64,000 bases of DNA from Spirochaetia bacterium (GCA_965140585.1 OZ223265.1:343118-407117), one strand, 5' to 3'; numbered from the stretch's first letter, positions 37,609 through 49,326 are shown. Made by a program: numbers and translations. Notes: generated from the letters alone by a model not told the origin.

Positions 37609-38538
37609 TCAGCCTTTTTTTTTAGCTTTACCGGGAATCTGTATAAACATTATTGCTGCAAGAACAACGGCAATCCCCAGGTAGACCCAGAGATTGGCTC
37701 TTTCACCCAGAAGTATAACGGAGAGAACCACTCCGAATACCGGGACAAGAAACTTGAATCCTATAGCCTTTGTGATACCGATAACATTCAGAGCCTTGTT
37801 GAAAATAATATTGGACAATCCCGTTGCAATCACGCCGATATAGAGCATCTGCAGCCATGAGACAGGACTTACATCTGTAAGGCTTCGAAAATCAGCTCCA
37901 CCTGCAATTGCAGCAAAAAGAAGTACTATCGCACCCGATACTGAGGTTATCAAACTAGGAATAGTTGAGCCGTAGATATTTATATATTTTTTAAGGTAGA
38001 CATAATGCAGACTGATAAAGAAGGCTCCCGCAAGACACATAAGATTGCCAATCAGATAATCATTTGCAAATGAAAGAGAGGTAAAGTCTCCCCTTGTAAC
38101 AACCATTACAATTCCGAAGCATCCCAGAATAAGACCAAGCAGAGGCCGTGTTTTAATCTTATCTTTCAGAAGCACGGCTGCCAGAAAAACAGTAAAAACG
38201 GGCTGAGAATTGATAAGAATCGAACTGCTCGTTGCGTTTGTATAGCTGAGCCCGAAGCTCAAAAGCAGTGAAAAAAAACCTACACCGTAGAGGCCCAGAA
38301 CTGCCATAACTGCAGCATCCCTGAAAACAAGCTTCTTCCGGCCCTCTGATTTTACAAAACAAAAAGGCAGAGTTGTCATTGAGGCAATAAAAAATCGAAG
38401 AAAGGCAGCCAGAAAAGGAGCCATGCCTGAATTGAGTACACTCTTAAGTGAGGGATGAATACCTCCCCAGGACAATGCACAGAGAGTAATAACAACTGAC
38501 CATCCTATCATTTTTTTGTTTGACAGTTTCACTTCCAC
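37609..38538 (-). CDS. DMT/EamA family transporter
   Basis: About 10 TMs, WG, LRF, GL.YT.A and PVFGV.LS..LLGE. Probable GTG start at 38538. Confidence 0.88.
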   Translation of the reverse strand: MEVKLSNKKMIGWSVVITLCALSWGGIHPSLKSVLNSGMAPFLAAFLRFFIASMTTLPFCFVKSEGRKKLVFRDAAVMAVLGLYGVGFFSLLLSFGLSYTNATSSSILINSQPVFTVFLAAVLLKDKIKTRPLLGLILGCFGIVMVVTRGDFTSLSFANDYLIGNLMCLAGAFFISLHYVYLKKYINIYGSTIPSLITSVSGAIVLLFAAIAGGADFRSLTDVSPVSWLQMLYIGVIATGLSNIIFNKALNVIGITKAIGFKFLVPVFGVVLSVILLGERANLWVYLGIAVVLAAIMFIQIPGKAKKKG

Positions 38539-38555
38539 AAAGACTCCATAGTAAT

Positions 38556-38586
38556 AAAAAGGGCAGAACAATAAGCTTGCCTGCCC
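38556..38586 (-). terminator. intrinsic terminator after iolD
   Basis: GGGCAG...CTGCCC stem, followed by T5 on the minus strand. Confidence 0.55.
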
Positions 38587-38634
38587 CGGTTATCATGATT
38601 ATAAATCAATTATTAAATATTTTGCGAGATATTT

Positions 38635-40569
38635 TTAATACTTTCTGGCTTTCTTAAGCTCTTGCTTCATATTTCTGTTCAGGTTGACAATTTCGGGATT
38701 CTTTGCGACTTCTGCGCTGCCGACTCTCCAGAAAGCCTCATAACCATGAGTCATGGTTTTGGGAAGAACCTTGATATCAATTAAAGTGGATACTGTCTGC
38801 TTCTTAGCGTCTTCCAGCGCTGCAACGAGCTCATCCTCTGTTTTGGCAGTATAGGTTTTACATCCGTATGCGGCTGCGCTCATTGCATAATCGATATTGA
38901 TAAAAGGTCCGTCAAGTTTACCGGTTTCAGGGTTTCGATGCCTTGTTTCAGTACCGAAGCTGCCCTGACCGTGCTCCATCTGAAGATTATTGATACAGCC
39001 GAAGGAGGCATTATCCAGAAGAATTACATTTATCTTCCGGCCTTCCTGAACGGCGGTAACCAGTTCCGAATGAAGCATCATGTAGGAACCGTCTCCTACC
39101 AGCGCATATACTTCCTGTTCAGGACAGGCAAGCTTGACACCGAGTGCAGCATTTATTTCGTAGCCCATACAGGAAAATCCGTATTCCATATGGTAGGTTT
39201 CAGGTCTTTTGGCCCGCCAGACTCTCTGCAGGTCTCCCGGAAGTGACCCCGCAGCACCCACAACAATTGAGTCATCGGCAAGGTTGGCATCAAGCAACCC
39301 TAAAACCTTGGTCTGAGTGAGTGCGGCACCGAACTGACTGTAGAACTCAGGCAGGATCTCATCACGCTGGCCGTCAACCTCCGGAACAAAGCCATCACCA
39401 GTAAAATCAATATCATAGAGTCTCTGAAGTTCAGCTGCCCATTTAGCACAGGCGTCTGAAATCTCGTTCTTCCAGCTGCTCTTATAGCCTTCTGCCTTAA
39501 GCGCCTCAGTCAGCCTGGAAAGAGCTGTGCCGGCATCTGCGGTTACCCTGACAGCATCCATCTTGTAGCTGTCAAATGGCGCTACATTTATATTTACAAA
39601 CTTGACATCTTCATTCTGATAGAGCCATTTTGACGCTGTTGTGAAGTCGGTATATCTTGTGCCCACACCGATTACAAGATCAGCTTCAGGAGCAATAAGG
39701 TTGGCAGCAAGGTTTCCGGTTGTTCCGACACCGCCAAGATTCAGTTCATGATCCCATACAATTGCAGACTTTCCGGCCTGGGTTTCACCGAAGGGAATAT
39801 TGAATTCCTCAGCAAATTTCCTGAATTCTTCGGCCGCCTCAGAGTAGCGAACTCCTCCTCCGCAGATAAGCATCGGCTTTTTAGCAGCCTTAACTGCTTT
39901 AACCGCATCGGCTATCATAGCATCAGTCGGCGGTCTTCTTTCTATTCTATGTACACGCTTTTCAAAAAAAGATTCAGGATAGTCATAGGCTTCACCCTCA
40001 ACATCCTGCGGCAGCGCAACAGTTACTGCTCCGGTATCAGCAGGATCGGTAAGTACTCTTACCGCATTTATCATCGCGGTCATAAGCTGTTCAGGACGGT
40101 TTACCCTGTCCCAGTACTGGCTTACAGCCTTGAATGAATCGTTTACGGTTACCGTATAGTCGCTGAACCTCTCAACCTGCTGTAGAACAGGATCCGGCTG
40201 TCTTGTAGCATAGGTATCGCCCGGCAGAAAAAGCACAGGGATTCTGTTTGCCGTGGCATTGGCTGCAGCGGTGACCATGTTTGCTGCACCCGGTCCGACA
40301 GATGATGTACAAACATAGATCTGCTTGCGAAGCATCTGCTTTGCAAACCCCATGGCGGCATGACCCATACCCTGCTCGTTCTTTCCCTGGTGAACGATAA
40401 GATCGCCCGCATCCTCTTCCAGCGCCTGTCCAAGACCTACTACGTTTCCGTGACCGAAAATTGTAAAAACCCCTCTGAACATCTTGTTCTGCTTTCCATC
40501 AAACTCAATCCACTGGTTATCGAGGAAACGTACAAGTGCCTGGGCTACTGTTAATCTTACTGTTTTCAT
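38635..40569 (-). CDS. iolD: 3D-(3,5/4)-trihydroxycyclohexane-1,2-dione acylhydrolase
   Basis: Motifs [32 protein letters not shown] and GDGSYMM. ATG at 40569. Confidence 0.96.
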   Translation of the reverse strand: MKTVRLTVAQALVRFLDNQWIEFDGKQNKMFRGVFTIFGHGNVVGLGQALEEDAGDLIVHQGKNEQGMGHAAMGFAKQMLRKQIYVCTSSVGPGAANMVTAAANATANRIPVLFLPGDTYATRQPDPVLQQVERFSDYTVTVNDSFKAVSQYWDRVNRPEQLMTAMINAVRVLTDPADTGAVTVALPQDVEGEAYDYPESFFEKRVHRIERRPPTDAMIADAVKAVKAAKKPMLICGGGVRYSEAAEEFRKFAEEFNIPFGETQAGKSAIVWDHELNLGGVGTTGNLAANLIAPEADLVIGVGTRYTDFTTASKWLYQNEDVKFVNINVAPFDSYKMDAVRVTADAGTALSRLTEALKAEGYKSSWKNEISDACAKWAAELQRLYDIDFTGDGFVPEVDGQRDEILPEFYSQFGAALTQTKVLGLLDANLADDSIVVGAAGSLPGDLQRVWRAKRPETYHMEYGFSCMGYEINAALGVKLACPEQEVYALVGDGSYMMLHSELVTAVQEGRKINVILLDNASFGCINNLQMEHGQGSFGTETRHRNPETGKLDGPFINIDYAMSAAAYGCKTYTAKTEDELVAALEDAKKQTVSTLIDIKVLPKTMTHGYEAFWRVGSAEVAKNPEIVNLNRNMKQELKKARKY

Positions 40570-40585
40570 ATTCTCTCCCGCTCTC

Positions 40586-41398
40586 CTATTCAGCTTCCGA
40601 ATACTTAAGTTCCGGCCAGATTTTGGCATCCTTTTCCTTAAGCCATTCATGGTCTTTTCTGAAGAATCTTGTTGTAGGAAGCCATTTATCGCCGGGAAGG
40701 TGAGCAATCATCCAAATATAGTACATTGCATAACCGGCTGAGGCAACCTGTGAATGTGTCTTATCGGGAAAGATTAGACTTGAATCTCCATCCTTGACAA
40801 CATAGGCATCTTCTTCAAGAAGTGAAACACCGAAGCCCTGCTTCGGGAAAAAACGGTAATGATAAATTTCCGGATGCGGATGATCATGGGGCGGAAAGCT
40901 CGACCACTTTCCCGGATGATTTATCACCTCGCCCATTACCATATTCGAGGCCGGCTCAATTTCACCGTCAAATACAGTCCGTACAGTCCTGGTTGAAGCC
41001 TCATTGAGAGTGCCGGCACCGAAAACATCGCACCTTATATCTTCTTGAGCGTAAAACTTGGCATTGAAGCTGTTTGAATTATCACAGGCTTCAACCGCGA
41101 TCTCACAGTCTGTCGCAGCAGTAATTTTAACAGCAACGCCGGCCGGAACATGCAGCACTACCGGATTTTCATCAAAGCATGAAACCCGTTTACCGGAAGC
41201 GGTTTTACCTTCCCATTCAAAGGAAAGTTCACCCTTGATAAGCAGCCAGGCTCTTTCCTTATTCTGAGAATCTTCATGAATTTCGCTGCCTTCCAGCATC
41301 AGTATTCCGAAATCAAGCAGCATTTCAGGATGTTTCCCATGCTGCTCGGTTATTGAATTATATCCTTTCGTAAAAGGTTTTTCTTTTCTTGCAATCAT
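40586..41398 (-). CDS. iolB: 5-deoxy-glucuronate isomerase
   Basis: Motif [19 protein letters not shown]; iol gene context. Confidence 0.9.
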   Translation of the reverse strand: MIARKEKPFTKGYNSITEQHGKHPEMLLDFGILMLEGSEIHEDSQNKERAWLLIKGELSFEWEGKTASGKRVSCFDENPVVLHVPAGVAVKITAATDCEIAVEACDNSNSFNAKFYAQEDIRCDVFGAGTLNEASTRTVRTVFDGEIEPASNMVMGEVINHPGKWSSFPPHDHPHPEIYHYRFFPKQGFGVSLLEEDAYVVKDGDSSLIFPDKTHSQVASAGYAMYYIWMIAHLPGDKWLPTTRFFRKDHEWLKEKDAKIWPELKYSEAE

Positions 41399-41419
41399 AT
41401 AAACTCCCTTATTGGAAAA

Positions 41420-42433
41420 TTAGTACTTAACTTTTACAGGCTTGCCGGTATCAAGGGATTCACGCGCAGCCTTTGCTATCTGAACAGGACGCAGGGCATC
41501 AAGAGCACCAACCGGTGTTTCTGTTCCGTTCTTTACTGAATCAACAAACATTCTTACTTCACGTGAGAATGACTCCATGTATCTTTCAAGAAAGAAGTAA
41601 AGTGGTTTTTCAGCAGTTACACCTGCCTCATTACTCATAACCATTGTGCTTGGAGCGTCATTTGAGGTTTCAACAGCGCCCTTGCTTCCGAAAACCTCGG
41701 CTCTCTGATCATATCCATAAGCAGCCTTCCTTGAATTGTCTATAACCGCAATTGCTCCGTTCTGAAGTTTCATCGAAATCACGGCGGTATCAATATCGCC
41801 TGCCTTTCCAATTTCAGGATCCACCAGAACTGCACCCTGAACAAATATCTCATCAACCTCACTGCCGCTTAAATACCTGACCATATCAAAGTCATGAATA
41901 GTCATATCCATGAATATACCGCCGGACACAGCAATGTATCTTGGATCAGGAGGCGCCGGGTCTCTTGAGGTTATTCTCACGATATGTGGTTCACCCACGG
42001 AACCTGCTACAACTGCATCCCTTACAGCCTTGAAGTTGTGATCAAAACGTCTGTTAAAACCAATCTGAAACTTAACGCCTGCGGCTTCAACAATTTTCAG
42101 GGTTTCCTTGATTCGGTCGATATCAAGATCAAGCGGTTTCTCACAGAATATATGCTTACCGCATTCTGCCGCCTTTCTTGTAAATTCTGCATGTGTATCG
42201 GTTGAAGAACAGATCAATACTGCATCTATTTCACTGTCATTAAAGATATCTGCAGCATCCTTTGTCACATTGGGGATGCCTTTTTCCTTGAACCATTTTT
42301 CAGTTTCTTCATTTATATATGGGTCGGCAACAGTTTTTATCTCTGCCGCGGCGATGGCCGATGTAATACTCTCAGCATGTACCTTTGCTATACGACCTGC
42401 GCCGATAATTCCAAGTGTAATTTTATTATTCAT
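41420..42433 (-). CDS. iolG: inositol 2-dehydrogenase
   Basis: Motifs GAGRI, FCEKP, GFNRRFD, SRDP, DMTIHDFD and YGYDQRAE. Confidence 0.93.
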   Translation of the reverse strand: MNNKITLGIIGAGRIAKVHAESITSAIAAAEIKTVADPYINEETEKWFKEKGIPNVTKDAADIFNDSEIDAVLICSSTDTHAEFTRKAAECGKHIFCEKPLDLDIDRIKETLKIVEAAGVKFQIGFNRRFDHNFKAVRDAVVAGSVGEPHIVRITSRDPAPPDPRYIAVSGGIFMDMTIHDFDMVRYLSGSEVDEIFVQGAVLVDPEIGKAGDIDTAVISMKLQNGAIAVIDNSRKAAYGYDQRAEVFGSKGAVETSNDAPSTMVMSNEAGVTAEKPLYFFLERYMESFSREVRMFVDSVKNGTETPVGALDALRPVQIAKAARESLDTGKPVKVKY

Positions 42434-42451
42434 TTTCCTTCCTCCCTGAGC

Positions 42452-43342
42452 CTAAAGCCCGGCGTGTTCCTGGATATATTTTCTTGCTTTCAATGCATAT
42501 TCAAATGGATTGGCCTTAGCAGGATCCTGCTCAGCCTCAACAACCATCCAGCCCTCGTATCCGGCATCATCAAGCAGACTGAAAATTGAGTCAAAATCTA
42601 TGCTTCCGTCTCCTGGAACCGTAAAAACTCCCTTCCGTACCGCGTCAAGAAAGGATGAATCTGCAGCTGTTACCTCTTTATAAACATCAGATCTGATGTC
42701 TTTAAGATGAACATGTCCTACCCTGCTGATAAACTTCTTCAGGGCTGCAACCGGATCCTGCCCTGCATAGGCAAAATGTCCGGAATCAAAAAGCAGATAG
42801 ACAAGATTAGGGTCGGTATCGTTAAGAAAACGTTCGGTTTCTTCAATAGTCTGTACACCTGTCCCCATGTGATGATGGAAAGCGAGCCTGAGTCCTTCAT
42901 CTTTTGCTATTTTTCCGAGCTTGTTCATTCCGTCAGTGAGCTTTTTAAACTCTTCATTGTCAAAAACAGCCTTACCGGAAAATACAGGAACAGCCTGCCC
43001 CTGACTTGATCTGGTCTGCTCTGAAGGACCGATAACATCAGCTCCAAGAGCTTTCAGAAATGAAAGCTGCGTCCGGAAAGCCTTCTCAACTTCGGCATAG
43101 GGCTGTGAACACAGAAATGAACTGAACCACTGATTGCAGATCTTTATTCCCCTGATATCAAGATAGGGTTTCAGCTCAGCAGCATCGGAGGGATACTTAT
43201 TTCCGACCTCAGAACCGGTAAATCCGGCGAGAGCCATTTCACTTACACACTGCTGAAAAGAGTTTTCACTTCCCAGATCGGGAAGATCATCATTGGTCCA
43301 GCCTATGGGGGCCATACCCAGCTTAATTTTGTTTTTATCCAT
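42452..43342 (-). CDS. iolE: myo-inosose-2 dehydratase
   Basis: Motifs PIGWTNDD, HHHMGT, HVHLKD, FTVPGDG and VEAEQDP. Confidence 0.95.
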   Translation of the reverse strand: MDKNKIKLGMAPIGWTNDDLPDLGSENSFQQCVSEMALAGFTGSEVGNKYPSDAAELKPYLDIRGIKICNQWFSSFLCSQPYAEVEKAFRTQLSFLKALGADVIGPSEQTRSSQGQAVPVFSGKAVFDNEEFKKLTDGMNKLGKIAKDEGLRLAFHHHMGTGVQTIEETERFLNDTDPNLVYLLFDSGHFAYAGQDPVAALKKFISRVGHVHLKDIRSDVYKEVTAADSSFLDAVRKGVFTVPGDGSIDFDSIFSLLDDAGYEGWMVVEAEQDPAKANPFEYALKARKYIQEHAGL

Positions 43343-43377
43343 AACTTACCTTCTCTAAATAAAGAATTTAAAAAGTA

Positions 43378-44403
43378 TCAGGTGGAATCTCTTTCTATAA
43401 GAACAGGCTGAATACTCATCAATTTCTTCAGAAACTCCTGCTTCTCTTTTTTCTTTTCCATCTGATGAAAAAGCCGCTGACACGCAAACATGGCAAGTTC
43501 TTCCTTGGGCTGATGCACAGAAGTCAGCATAGGAACACTGTAACGGCTGAACTCACTGTCGTCGTAGCCGACTACCGCAACATCTTCAGGAACCCGGATA
43601 CCCGCTTCAAGCAGCGCTTTTATGGTTCCGAGTGCCATGAGATCATTAAGAGCGAAAACTGCATCGTACTTTCTAACCTCATCAATCATCGACTTAGTTG
43701 TCTCATAAGCAGCATTGAATACCGACTTTGTTTCAAACCTTGCGACTTCAAATCCGGCTTCCTTCACTACCTTTGTGAAGCCTTTTTCACGAAGCTGAAA
43801 CTCCAGGTGTACATCCTCAACAGCAAGAATCATAAACCGGCTCCTGCCCTTTCCCATAAGATGTTCAGCCACCAGTTTGCCGCCTGCATAGTGATCTGTA
43901 TAGATAACATCCTGATTTTTGATGTTATCGGCAGGCGGATAATGAGTGCAGACAAAGGGGACAGATCTTGCTTCGAGAAAATCCAGGGTTTCCTGTTCAA
44001 TATTCTCAACCAGCATTATCAGTCCGTCTATTTTCCGCCGCGTTACCAGCCTCATAATATTGTTTTTGCCTGTAAAATGGTTCTTTTGATAAGTAACTAT
44101 CAAATCCACATCAGCCTTTTCAAGGCTTGTCCGCAGGCTGTTCATAAGCATCCCGTGGTATACGTTAACTGAAATCTCGGTAAACTGTTCCGGAAGAATA
44201 ATTCCGACAGTTCCCACTGTGGAAGTAATCAGCCCCCGCGCTGAAGAGTTGAACTCAAAGCCCATTTTATCCGCAATATCGCAGACCTTCTTCTTAGTCT
44301 CCGGCGAAACAACGGAACTGTCGTTCAGACAGCGGGAAACTGTGGAAAAGCTTACTCCTGCAATTTCAGCTATATCTTTGATCGTAACCTGGGATCGCTT
44401 CAC
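43378..44403 (-). CDS. LacI-family transcriptional regulator of the iol operon
   Basis: HTH TIKDIAEIAGVSFSTVSR and motif VPEDVAVVGYDD. Confidence 0.92.
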   Translation of the reverse strand: MKRSQVTIKDIAEIAGVSFSTVSRCLNDSSVVSPETKKKVCDIADKMGFEFNSSARGLITSTVGTVGIILPEQFTEISVNVYHGMLMNSLRTSLEKADVDLIVTYQKNHFTGKNNIMRLVTRRKIDGLIMLVENIEQETLDFLEARSVPFVCTHYPPADNIKNQDVIYTDHYAGGKLVAEHLMGKGRSRFMILAVEDVHLEFQLREKGFTKVVKEAGFEVARFETKSVFNAAYETTKSMIDEVRKYDAVFALNDLMALGTIKALLEAGIRVPEDVAVVGYDDSEFSRYSVPMLTSVHQPKEELAMFACQRLFHQMEKKKEKQEFLKKLMSIQPVLIERDST

Positions 44404-45417
44404 TTAAAACCTCAACATTTCGCCCTTCTCAAAAGCCTCTTTGCATTTGTATGCTATCTCTGAAACTCTCGTTCCGTCATAGACGGTAACTCCGGGTTTT
44501 TTATTTTTTATTATGCAGTCAACAAATTCCTGGATTTCATTAACGTAACTTGATTCAAATCTTTCCAGAAAGTTTTCACTGCATTCTCTTCTTACACCAT
44601 ATGGGTCCAGTATTTCAACAAGGTTTTTCTGGGGTACCGATGCGATTCGAAGGGTTCCCTTTGTGCCGATTATTTCGGTTTCTACATTATATCCGTGAGG
44701 TGCAGTTCTTCCTGCAAACAGGAAAGCCATAGCGCCTTTTTTGAATTTCATTAAAGCCGAAACATTGTCACCGTCCTGATACTGTGCGAATTCAGGATGA
44801 GCATAACAGCCGCCTATTGCATAAACTGTTTCAGGCTCATCATCTAGGAACCACCTGGCAAGGTCTATATCATGTACAGCCATATCAAGAAACTGCCCGC
44901 CGCTGTGCGGGGCGAACGCTATTGCTCCATCGATAAACTTTTCGGGATCCTGACTGTAGGATCTGAACAGAACCGGAGTACCGATTTCTCCTGCAGCAAC
45001 CTTGTCATGGGCATATTTGTATGATTCATCAAAACGCCGCATAAAGCCAAGCATAAAAACCTTGTCGGAATATTTTTCTACAGCCTTCTCGGCTTTCAGA
45101 CATTCCTCAACAGTAACCCCGAGCGGTTTTTCAGAAAACACATGCTTTCCTGCGGCAAGTGCAGCTTCAATCTGCCCGGTATGCATTGCGGAGGGAGAAA
45201 CGAGAACAACAGCATCTATTTCATCTGATTTAATCATGTCATCAAAAGATGTAAACCTGTTTTTTACACCAAGTCTGTCTGCTGTTGCATTGAGTTTCTT
45301 TTCATCAAGATCACAGAGCGCTGTAAGCTGCGCTCCCTGAATCCTGTTTGTTATATTCTCAGCATGGGCAAGACCGAGTCTTCCCAGACCTACAGAACCA
45401 ATTCTTACTGTATTCAT
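44404..45417 (-). CDS. second Gfo/Idh/MocA inositol dehydrogenase
   Basis: Motifs GLGRLG, EKP, GFMRRFD and DMAVHDID. Confidence 0.88.
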   Translation of the reverse strand: MNTVRIGSVGLGRLGLAHAENITNRIQGAQLTALCDLDEKKLNATADRLGVKNRFTSFDDMIKSDEIDAVVLVSPSAMHTGQIEAALAAGKHVFSEKPLGVTVEECLKAEKAVEKYSDKVFMLGFMRRFDESYKYAHDKVAAGEIGTPVLFRSYSQDPEKFIDGAIAFAPHSGGQFLDMAVHDIDLARWFLDDEPETVYAIGGCYAHPEFAQYQDGDNVSALMKFKKGAMAFLFAGRTAPHGYNVETEIIGTKGTLRIASVPQKNLVEILDPYGVRRECSENFLERFESSYVNEIQEFVDCIIKNKKPGVTVYDGTRVSEIAYKCKEAFEKGEMLRF

Positions 45418-45428
45418 TTCGATCCTGA

Positions 45429-46430
45429 TTATTTCTTTTTAGCGTTTTTACGCATATCGATAATAACTGCAACAACAATTATTGCACCCTCAGTAACCTG
45501 CTGCCAGTAGGCATCAACACCAAGAAGAGTAAGACCGTTTCTCATAACAGCCAGAACCAGAGCACCTACAAAGGCTCCCCATATTGTTCCGATACCGCCT
45601 GAATGGCTGGTTCCGCCGATTGTTGTTGCTGCAATTGCAGTAAGCTCATAACCGGTTGCAGCACCGGGATGAACAGACCCTACACGTCCGGCAAAAACAA
45701 CAGCCGCAAGACCTGCCAGAAGACCGCTGTAAGCATATATACCGATGAGGTTCTTGCTTACATTAACGCCGGAAATCTCAGCAGCGGTAATATTACCGCC
45801 AATGGCATATGTATTCTTTCCGAATCTTGTGTAGTTCAGCAGGATCGAACTGATTATTATCATTATTACATAGATAACTACCGGTATAGGAAGGAATCCG
45901 AAAAGCTTTCCTCCAAGCGCTGTCATTCCGGGAATGAGTGTACTTACAGGTTTACCGTCTGAATAGATAAGCGCAAAACCCCTGGCAACAGTCATCATAC
46001 CCAGCGTGGCAATGAATGCCGGTATTCTGGTTTTAGCTATAAGCGCACCGCTTATACCTCCGCAGAGAGCACCTATTGCAAGTGCGGCCAGAATAGGTAC
46101 AAAAACCGGAAGTTCCGGAAGGTTGGGAAAATATTTTGTAGTTGCGGTAGCAGCCTGAGCCAGACTTGCAGCAACAACACCTGAAAAGGCGAGAACGGAA
46201 CCTACTGAAAGGTCAATTCCCTTTGCAATAATTACAAACGTAAGTCCCAGGGCCATAATTCCAAAGATTGCGCTCTGGGTGAGAACATTAAAAATATTAT
46301 GCGGACTCAGGAATGCCGGAGAGGCTATACTCAACCCGATAATCATTAAAATAAGTACGAATACAATTCCATATTTTTGAAGCGTCTGCTTTAAAGCAGC
46401 ATTATTAAAACTCGATTTAACATCGCTCAT
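45429..46430 (-). CDS. inositol ABC transporter permease
   Basis: Motifs [14 protein letters not shown] and [13 protein letters not shown]. Confidence 0.88.
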   Translation of the reverse strand: MSDVKSSFNNAALKQTLQKYGIVFVLILMIIGLSIASPAFLSPHNIFNVLTQSAIFGIMALGLTFVIIAKGIDLSVGSVLAFSGVVAASLAQAATATTKYFPNLPELPVFVPILAALAIGALCGGISGALIAKTRIPAFIATLGMMTVARGFALIYSDGKPVSTLIPGMTALGGKLFGFLPIPVVIYVIMIIISSILLNYTRFGKNTYAIGGNITAAEISGVNVSKNLIGIYAYSGLLAGLAAVVFAGRVGSVHPGAATGYELTAIAATTIGGTSHSGGIGTIWGAFVGALVLAVMRNGLTLLGVDAYWQQVTEGAIIVVAVIIDMRKNAKKK

Positions 46431-46441
46431 TATTTTCCTCC

Positions 46442-47962
46442 TTATGCCGTCTTGTTGCCGGAATGAGTATTGGTCGCGTATGACATCAATACTTCCTGTG
46501 TCAGTGATTCATCGTTATCAACAATCCCTGTTACCCGGCCCTCATGCATTACAACTATTCTGTCGCTCATTCCCATAACTTCCGGCAGCTCTGAGGAAAC
46601 CATTATTATTGATTTACCCTCACCTGCAAGTTTAGTGATCAGCTTGTGTATTTCAGCCTTGGTACCTACATCAATTCCCCTTGTAGGCTCGTCCAGAAAA
46701 AGAATTTCCGGATCAGTCATCAGCCAGCGCGCTACCAGTACTTTCTGCTGGTTTCCTCCGCTGAGGTTTTCAATCCGCTGCATCAGACTTGGTGTCTTAA
46801 CCTGTATTTTTGTTACATACTCATCACAGGTGTCCTTGAGCTTTTTAGTTTTCAGCAGACCGGCACGGTTAAGAAACTTGGGAATGGTAGCTATTGCCAT
46901 ATTCAGTCTTACTGAAAGCATTGGGAAGATACCCGAAAGGCGCCTGTCTTCGGTCAGAAGTGCCAATTTAAGTTTTATGGCATCCCTTGGAGAATCAATC
47001 TTGACCGGTTTACCGTCAATCAGAATTTCACCGGACTGTCTTGTTCTGATTCCGAAAATAGTTTCAATCACCTCGGTTCTTCCGGCTCCTACCAGCCCGG
47101 CAAAACCAAGAATCTCCCCCTTTCTGACAGTGAATGATACATCACTGAAAGATGTCGGATGTGTAAGGTTTTTAACTTCCATCTTTACATCACCAATCTC
47201 GCAGGGAATTTTCGGAAACATTTCATCGACATTACGTCCAACCATCATATTTATCATTCGATCTACAGACAGCTCAGTGGTTTTTTCGGAACCGATATAA
47301 TCACCGTCCCTGTATACTGTAACCTGGTCCGTTATCTCGTAAATTTCATCAAGCTTGTGTGAAATATATATGATGCTCTTATCCTGAGCCTTTAACTTTC
47401 TCATGATCTCAAAAAGATGATTTACTTCCTTATCCGTAAGGGCTGATGTGGGCTCATCCATAATAATGAGTTTTGAATCATAGGAAACAGCCTTGGCTAT
47501 TTCAATCATCTGCATCTTTGCTACAGTCAGATTAACCATTAAAGTTCGGGGATCTTCTTTAAGATCGATCTGTTTGAGGACATCTTTGGTCATCTCATAC
47601 ATTTTATTGTGATCAACCAGCCCGAACTTGTTGAGAGGCTCTCTGCCAAGCCATATGTTCTCCATGATAGTCCTGTGAAGTACAGGGCTTAATTCCTGGT
47701 GAATCATGGAGATACCCATGCGTAGTGCCTGAGCCGTGTTATAATTTTCCCGGATTTTTCCGTCAAAAAGGATCTCTCCGGAAGTCTGACTGTGAATACC
47801 GGCTAAACATTTTACAAGGGTCGATTTTCCGGCTCCATTTTCTCCCATAAGGGCATGGATCTCACCTTTCTTAACGATCAGCTCTACACCTTTCAGGGCT
47901 TGAACACCCGGAAAAGTTTTTACAATATTCGACATTTTCAGAAGAATCTTATCTTCGTCCAT
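46442..47962 (-). CDS. inositol ABC transporter ATPase
   Basis: Motifs GENGAGKST, LSGGNQQK and DEPTRGIDVG. Confidence 0.9.
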   Translation of the reverse strand: MDEDKILLKMSNIVKTFPGVQALKGVELIVKKGEIHALMGENGAGKSTLVKCLAGIHSQTSGEILFDGKIRENYNTAQALRMGISMIHQELSPVLHRTIMENIWLGREPLNKFGLVDHNKMYEMTKDVLKQIDLKEDPRTLMVNLTVAKMQMIEIAKAVSYDSKLIIMDEPTSALTDKEVNHLFEIMRKLKAQDKSIIYISHKLDEIYEITDQVTVYRDGDYIGSEKTTELSVDRMINMMVGRNVDEMFPKIPCEIGDVKMEVKNLTHPTSFSDVSFTVRKGEILGFAGLVGAGRTEVIETIFGIRTRQSGEILIDGKPVKIDSPRDAIKLKLALLTEDRRLSGIFPMLSVRLNMAIATIPKFLNRAGLLKTKKLKDTCDEYVTKIQVKTPSLMQRIENLSGGNQQKVLVARWLMTDPEILFLDEPTRGIDVGTKAEIHKLITKLAGEGKSIIMVSSELPEVMGMSDRIVVMHEGRVTGIVDNDESLTQEVLMSYATNTHSGNKTA

Positions 47963-47982
47963 CTAAAACTCCATTTCAGTTT

Positions 47983-48016
47983 AAAAAAAGGGAAAAGACT
48001 GCTCTTTTCCCTTTTT
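47983..48016 (-). terminator. hairpin after the binding-protein gene
   Basis: AAAAAGGGAAAAGA-CTGC-TCTTTTCCCTTTTT. Confidence 0.75.
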
Positions 48017-48031
48017 GTCTAACAGTTCTTT

Positions 48032-48973
48032 TTACTGAAAATCAGCAAGATTTTCTTTTGTAATAAGAACGAACGGTATCCATGTGATCTTGTCCGGTGT
48101 AGCGCCTTTAAGTGCTTCATGAATAACCATGGCACTTCCTCTACCCTGACCAACAGCATCCTGGAGAACTGTTGCTGCAAGGTCGCCGCTACCTACTGCT
48201 ACCTTTGCATCAGGTATAGCATCAACACCCATTACATAAATATCCTGTCTTCCTGCAGCCTTGAGAGCTTCCACAGCACCGAGTGCCATTTCATCATTGT
48301 TGGCAAGAATACCGTTAAGATCTGAGCCATATGCAGTCAGCCAGTTCTCTGTAAGTACCATACCCTGGTCTCTCTGCCAGTTTCCGGTTTCTTTTGCAAG
48401 AATCTTAATATTGGGATATTTTTCACTGATAACCTGTTCGTTACCTTCGGTTCTCTTAAGAGCGCCTTCGTTATCAAGTTTACCCATAAGGATAGCAACT
48501 CCGCCCTTTCCGCCGAGAAGCTCACCCATTGCATTCATCTGCTGCTGACCTGCAATAATTTCCTGTGAACCTACATAGTAAACATTTGCGGGTGGGTCAT
48601 CCTGGCCATAGGGGTTTCTGTTAACAAAGCAGAGAGGTATACCTGCTTCATTTGCTGCAGTTACGATCGGTCCCATAGCACTGGTATCAACCGGTACTAC
48701 GATCAGAGCATCTACACCCTGTGCGATAAAAATGTTAACAAGATCCTGCTGCTTGATAACATCTTCCTGTGCATCCTGAAGAGTAATTGTGATGTCTGCG
48801 TTTTCGTTGAAATAAGCTTCCGCAGCATCCATAACGTAGGTCTGGAATGTGTCGTTAAAATTGTTACAAACATAACCTACTTCAAATCCGCTCTTTGCAT
48901 CCTGCTGTCCACCGGCGAAAACTGTTCCTGCAATCGCCAGTAATACTACAAGTACTAACAAACCTTTCTTCAT
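48032..48973 (-). CDS. inositol ABC transporter substrate-binding protein
   Basis: Signal peptide plus motifs VNR, ANNDEMALGA, GVDA and ATVLQDA. ATG at 48973 has an AGGAGG RBS. Confidence 0.88.
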   Translation of the reverse strand: MKKGLLVLVVLLAIAGTVFAGGQQDAKSGFEVGYVCNNFNDTFQTYVMDAAEAYFNENADITITLQDAQEDVIKQQDLVNIFIAQGVDALIVVPVDTSAMGPIVTAANEAGIPLCFVNRNPYGQDDPPANVYYVGSQEIIAGQQQMNAMGELLGGKGGVAILMGKLDNEGALKRTEGNEQVISEKYPNIKILAKETGNWQRDQGMVLTENWLTAYGSDLNGILANNDEMALGAVEALKAAGRQDIYVMGVDAIPDAKVAVGSGDLAATVLQDAVGQGRGSAMVIHEALKGATPDKITWIPFVLITKENLADFQ

Positions 48974-49010
48974 TAAATAATCCTCCTTAATGAATTGTTT
49001 TAGCTTTCTT

Positions 49011-49062
49011 TGCAAACGTTGTCATTTAATCATATTATCATTCTAGATTGTTTCTTTGTCAA
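49011..49062 (-). promoter_or_regulatory. iol operon promoter with LacI-type operator O1
   Basis: Minus strand TTGACA (49057-49062)-N17-GATAAT (49034-49039). TGCAAACGTTGTCA at 49011-49024. Confidence 0.7.
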
Positions 49063-49204
49063 CAGAAAAGTTTTTCCTGATAAATTGCCCTTATTTCTAT
49101 ATCTTATAATTATTTACATTGTTTTTAGAAAAAATGCACATATTTTTATTATGTAAAACATTAGTCCAGTTTTCCGATATAAAGTGATTTTTTTATCGTT
49201 ATCA

Positions 49205-49218
49205 TACAAACGTTTGCA
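49205..49218. promoter_or_regulatory. LacI-type operator O2
   Basis: TACAAACGTTTGCA, near-palindromic with central CG and similar to O1. Confidence 0.65.
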
Positions 49219-49297
49219 GTAATTTTTTATCTATTCGAACAGATTCGATGAATATTCTCATATTGTAATAAAATCACAATTTCATATTGTCTGACAA

Positions 49298-49326
49298 TTG
49301 ACAAAGTATAAATAAAGCCTTAAACT
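49298..49326 (+). promoter_or_regulatory. sigma70 promoter of the transaldolase-family gene
   Basis: TTGACA-N17-TAAACT. Confidence 0.7.

Noticed and set aside
40570-40707. N-terminal extensions in the ORF track for iolD (likewise rhaA, rhaT, cls, ectB and 54572)
   Set aside because: Downstream starts match the family N-termini and mostly have better RBS sites. The extensions overlap neighbouring genes or regulatory DNA.
46470-47300. Long antisense ORFs (also 34023-34667, 36737-37468, 43465-44172, 21371-22012 and 52043-52645)
   Set aside because: They are shadows of well-supported genes on the opposite strand and have no recognisable motifs.
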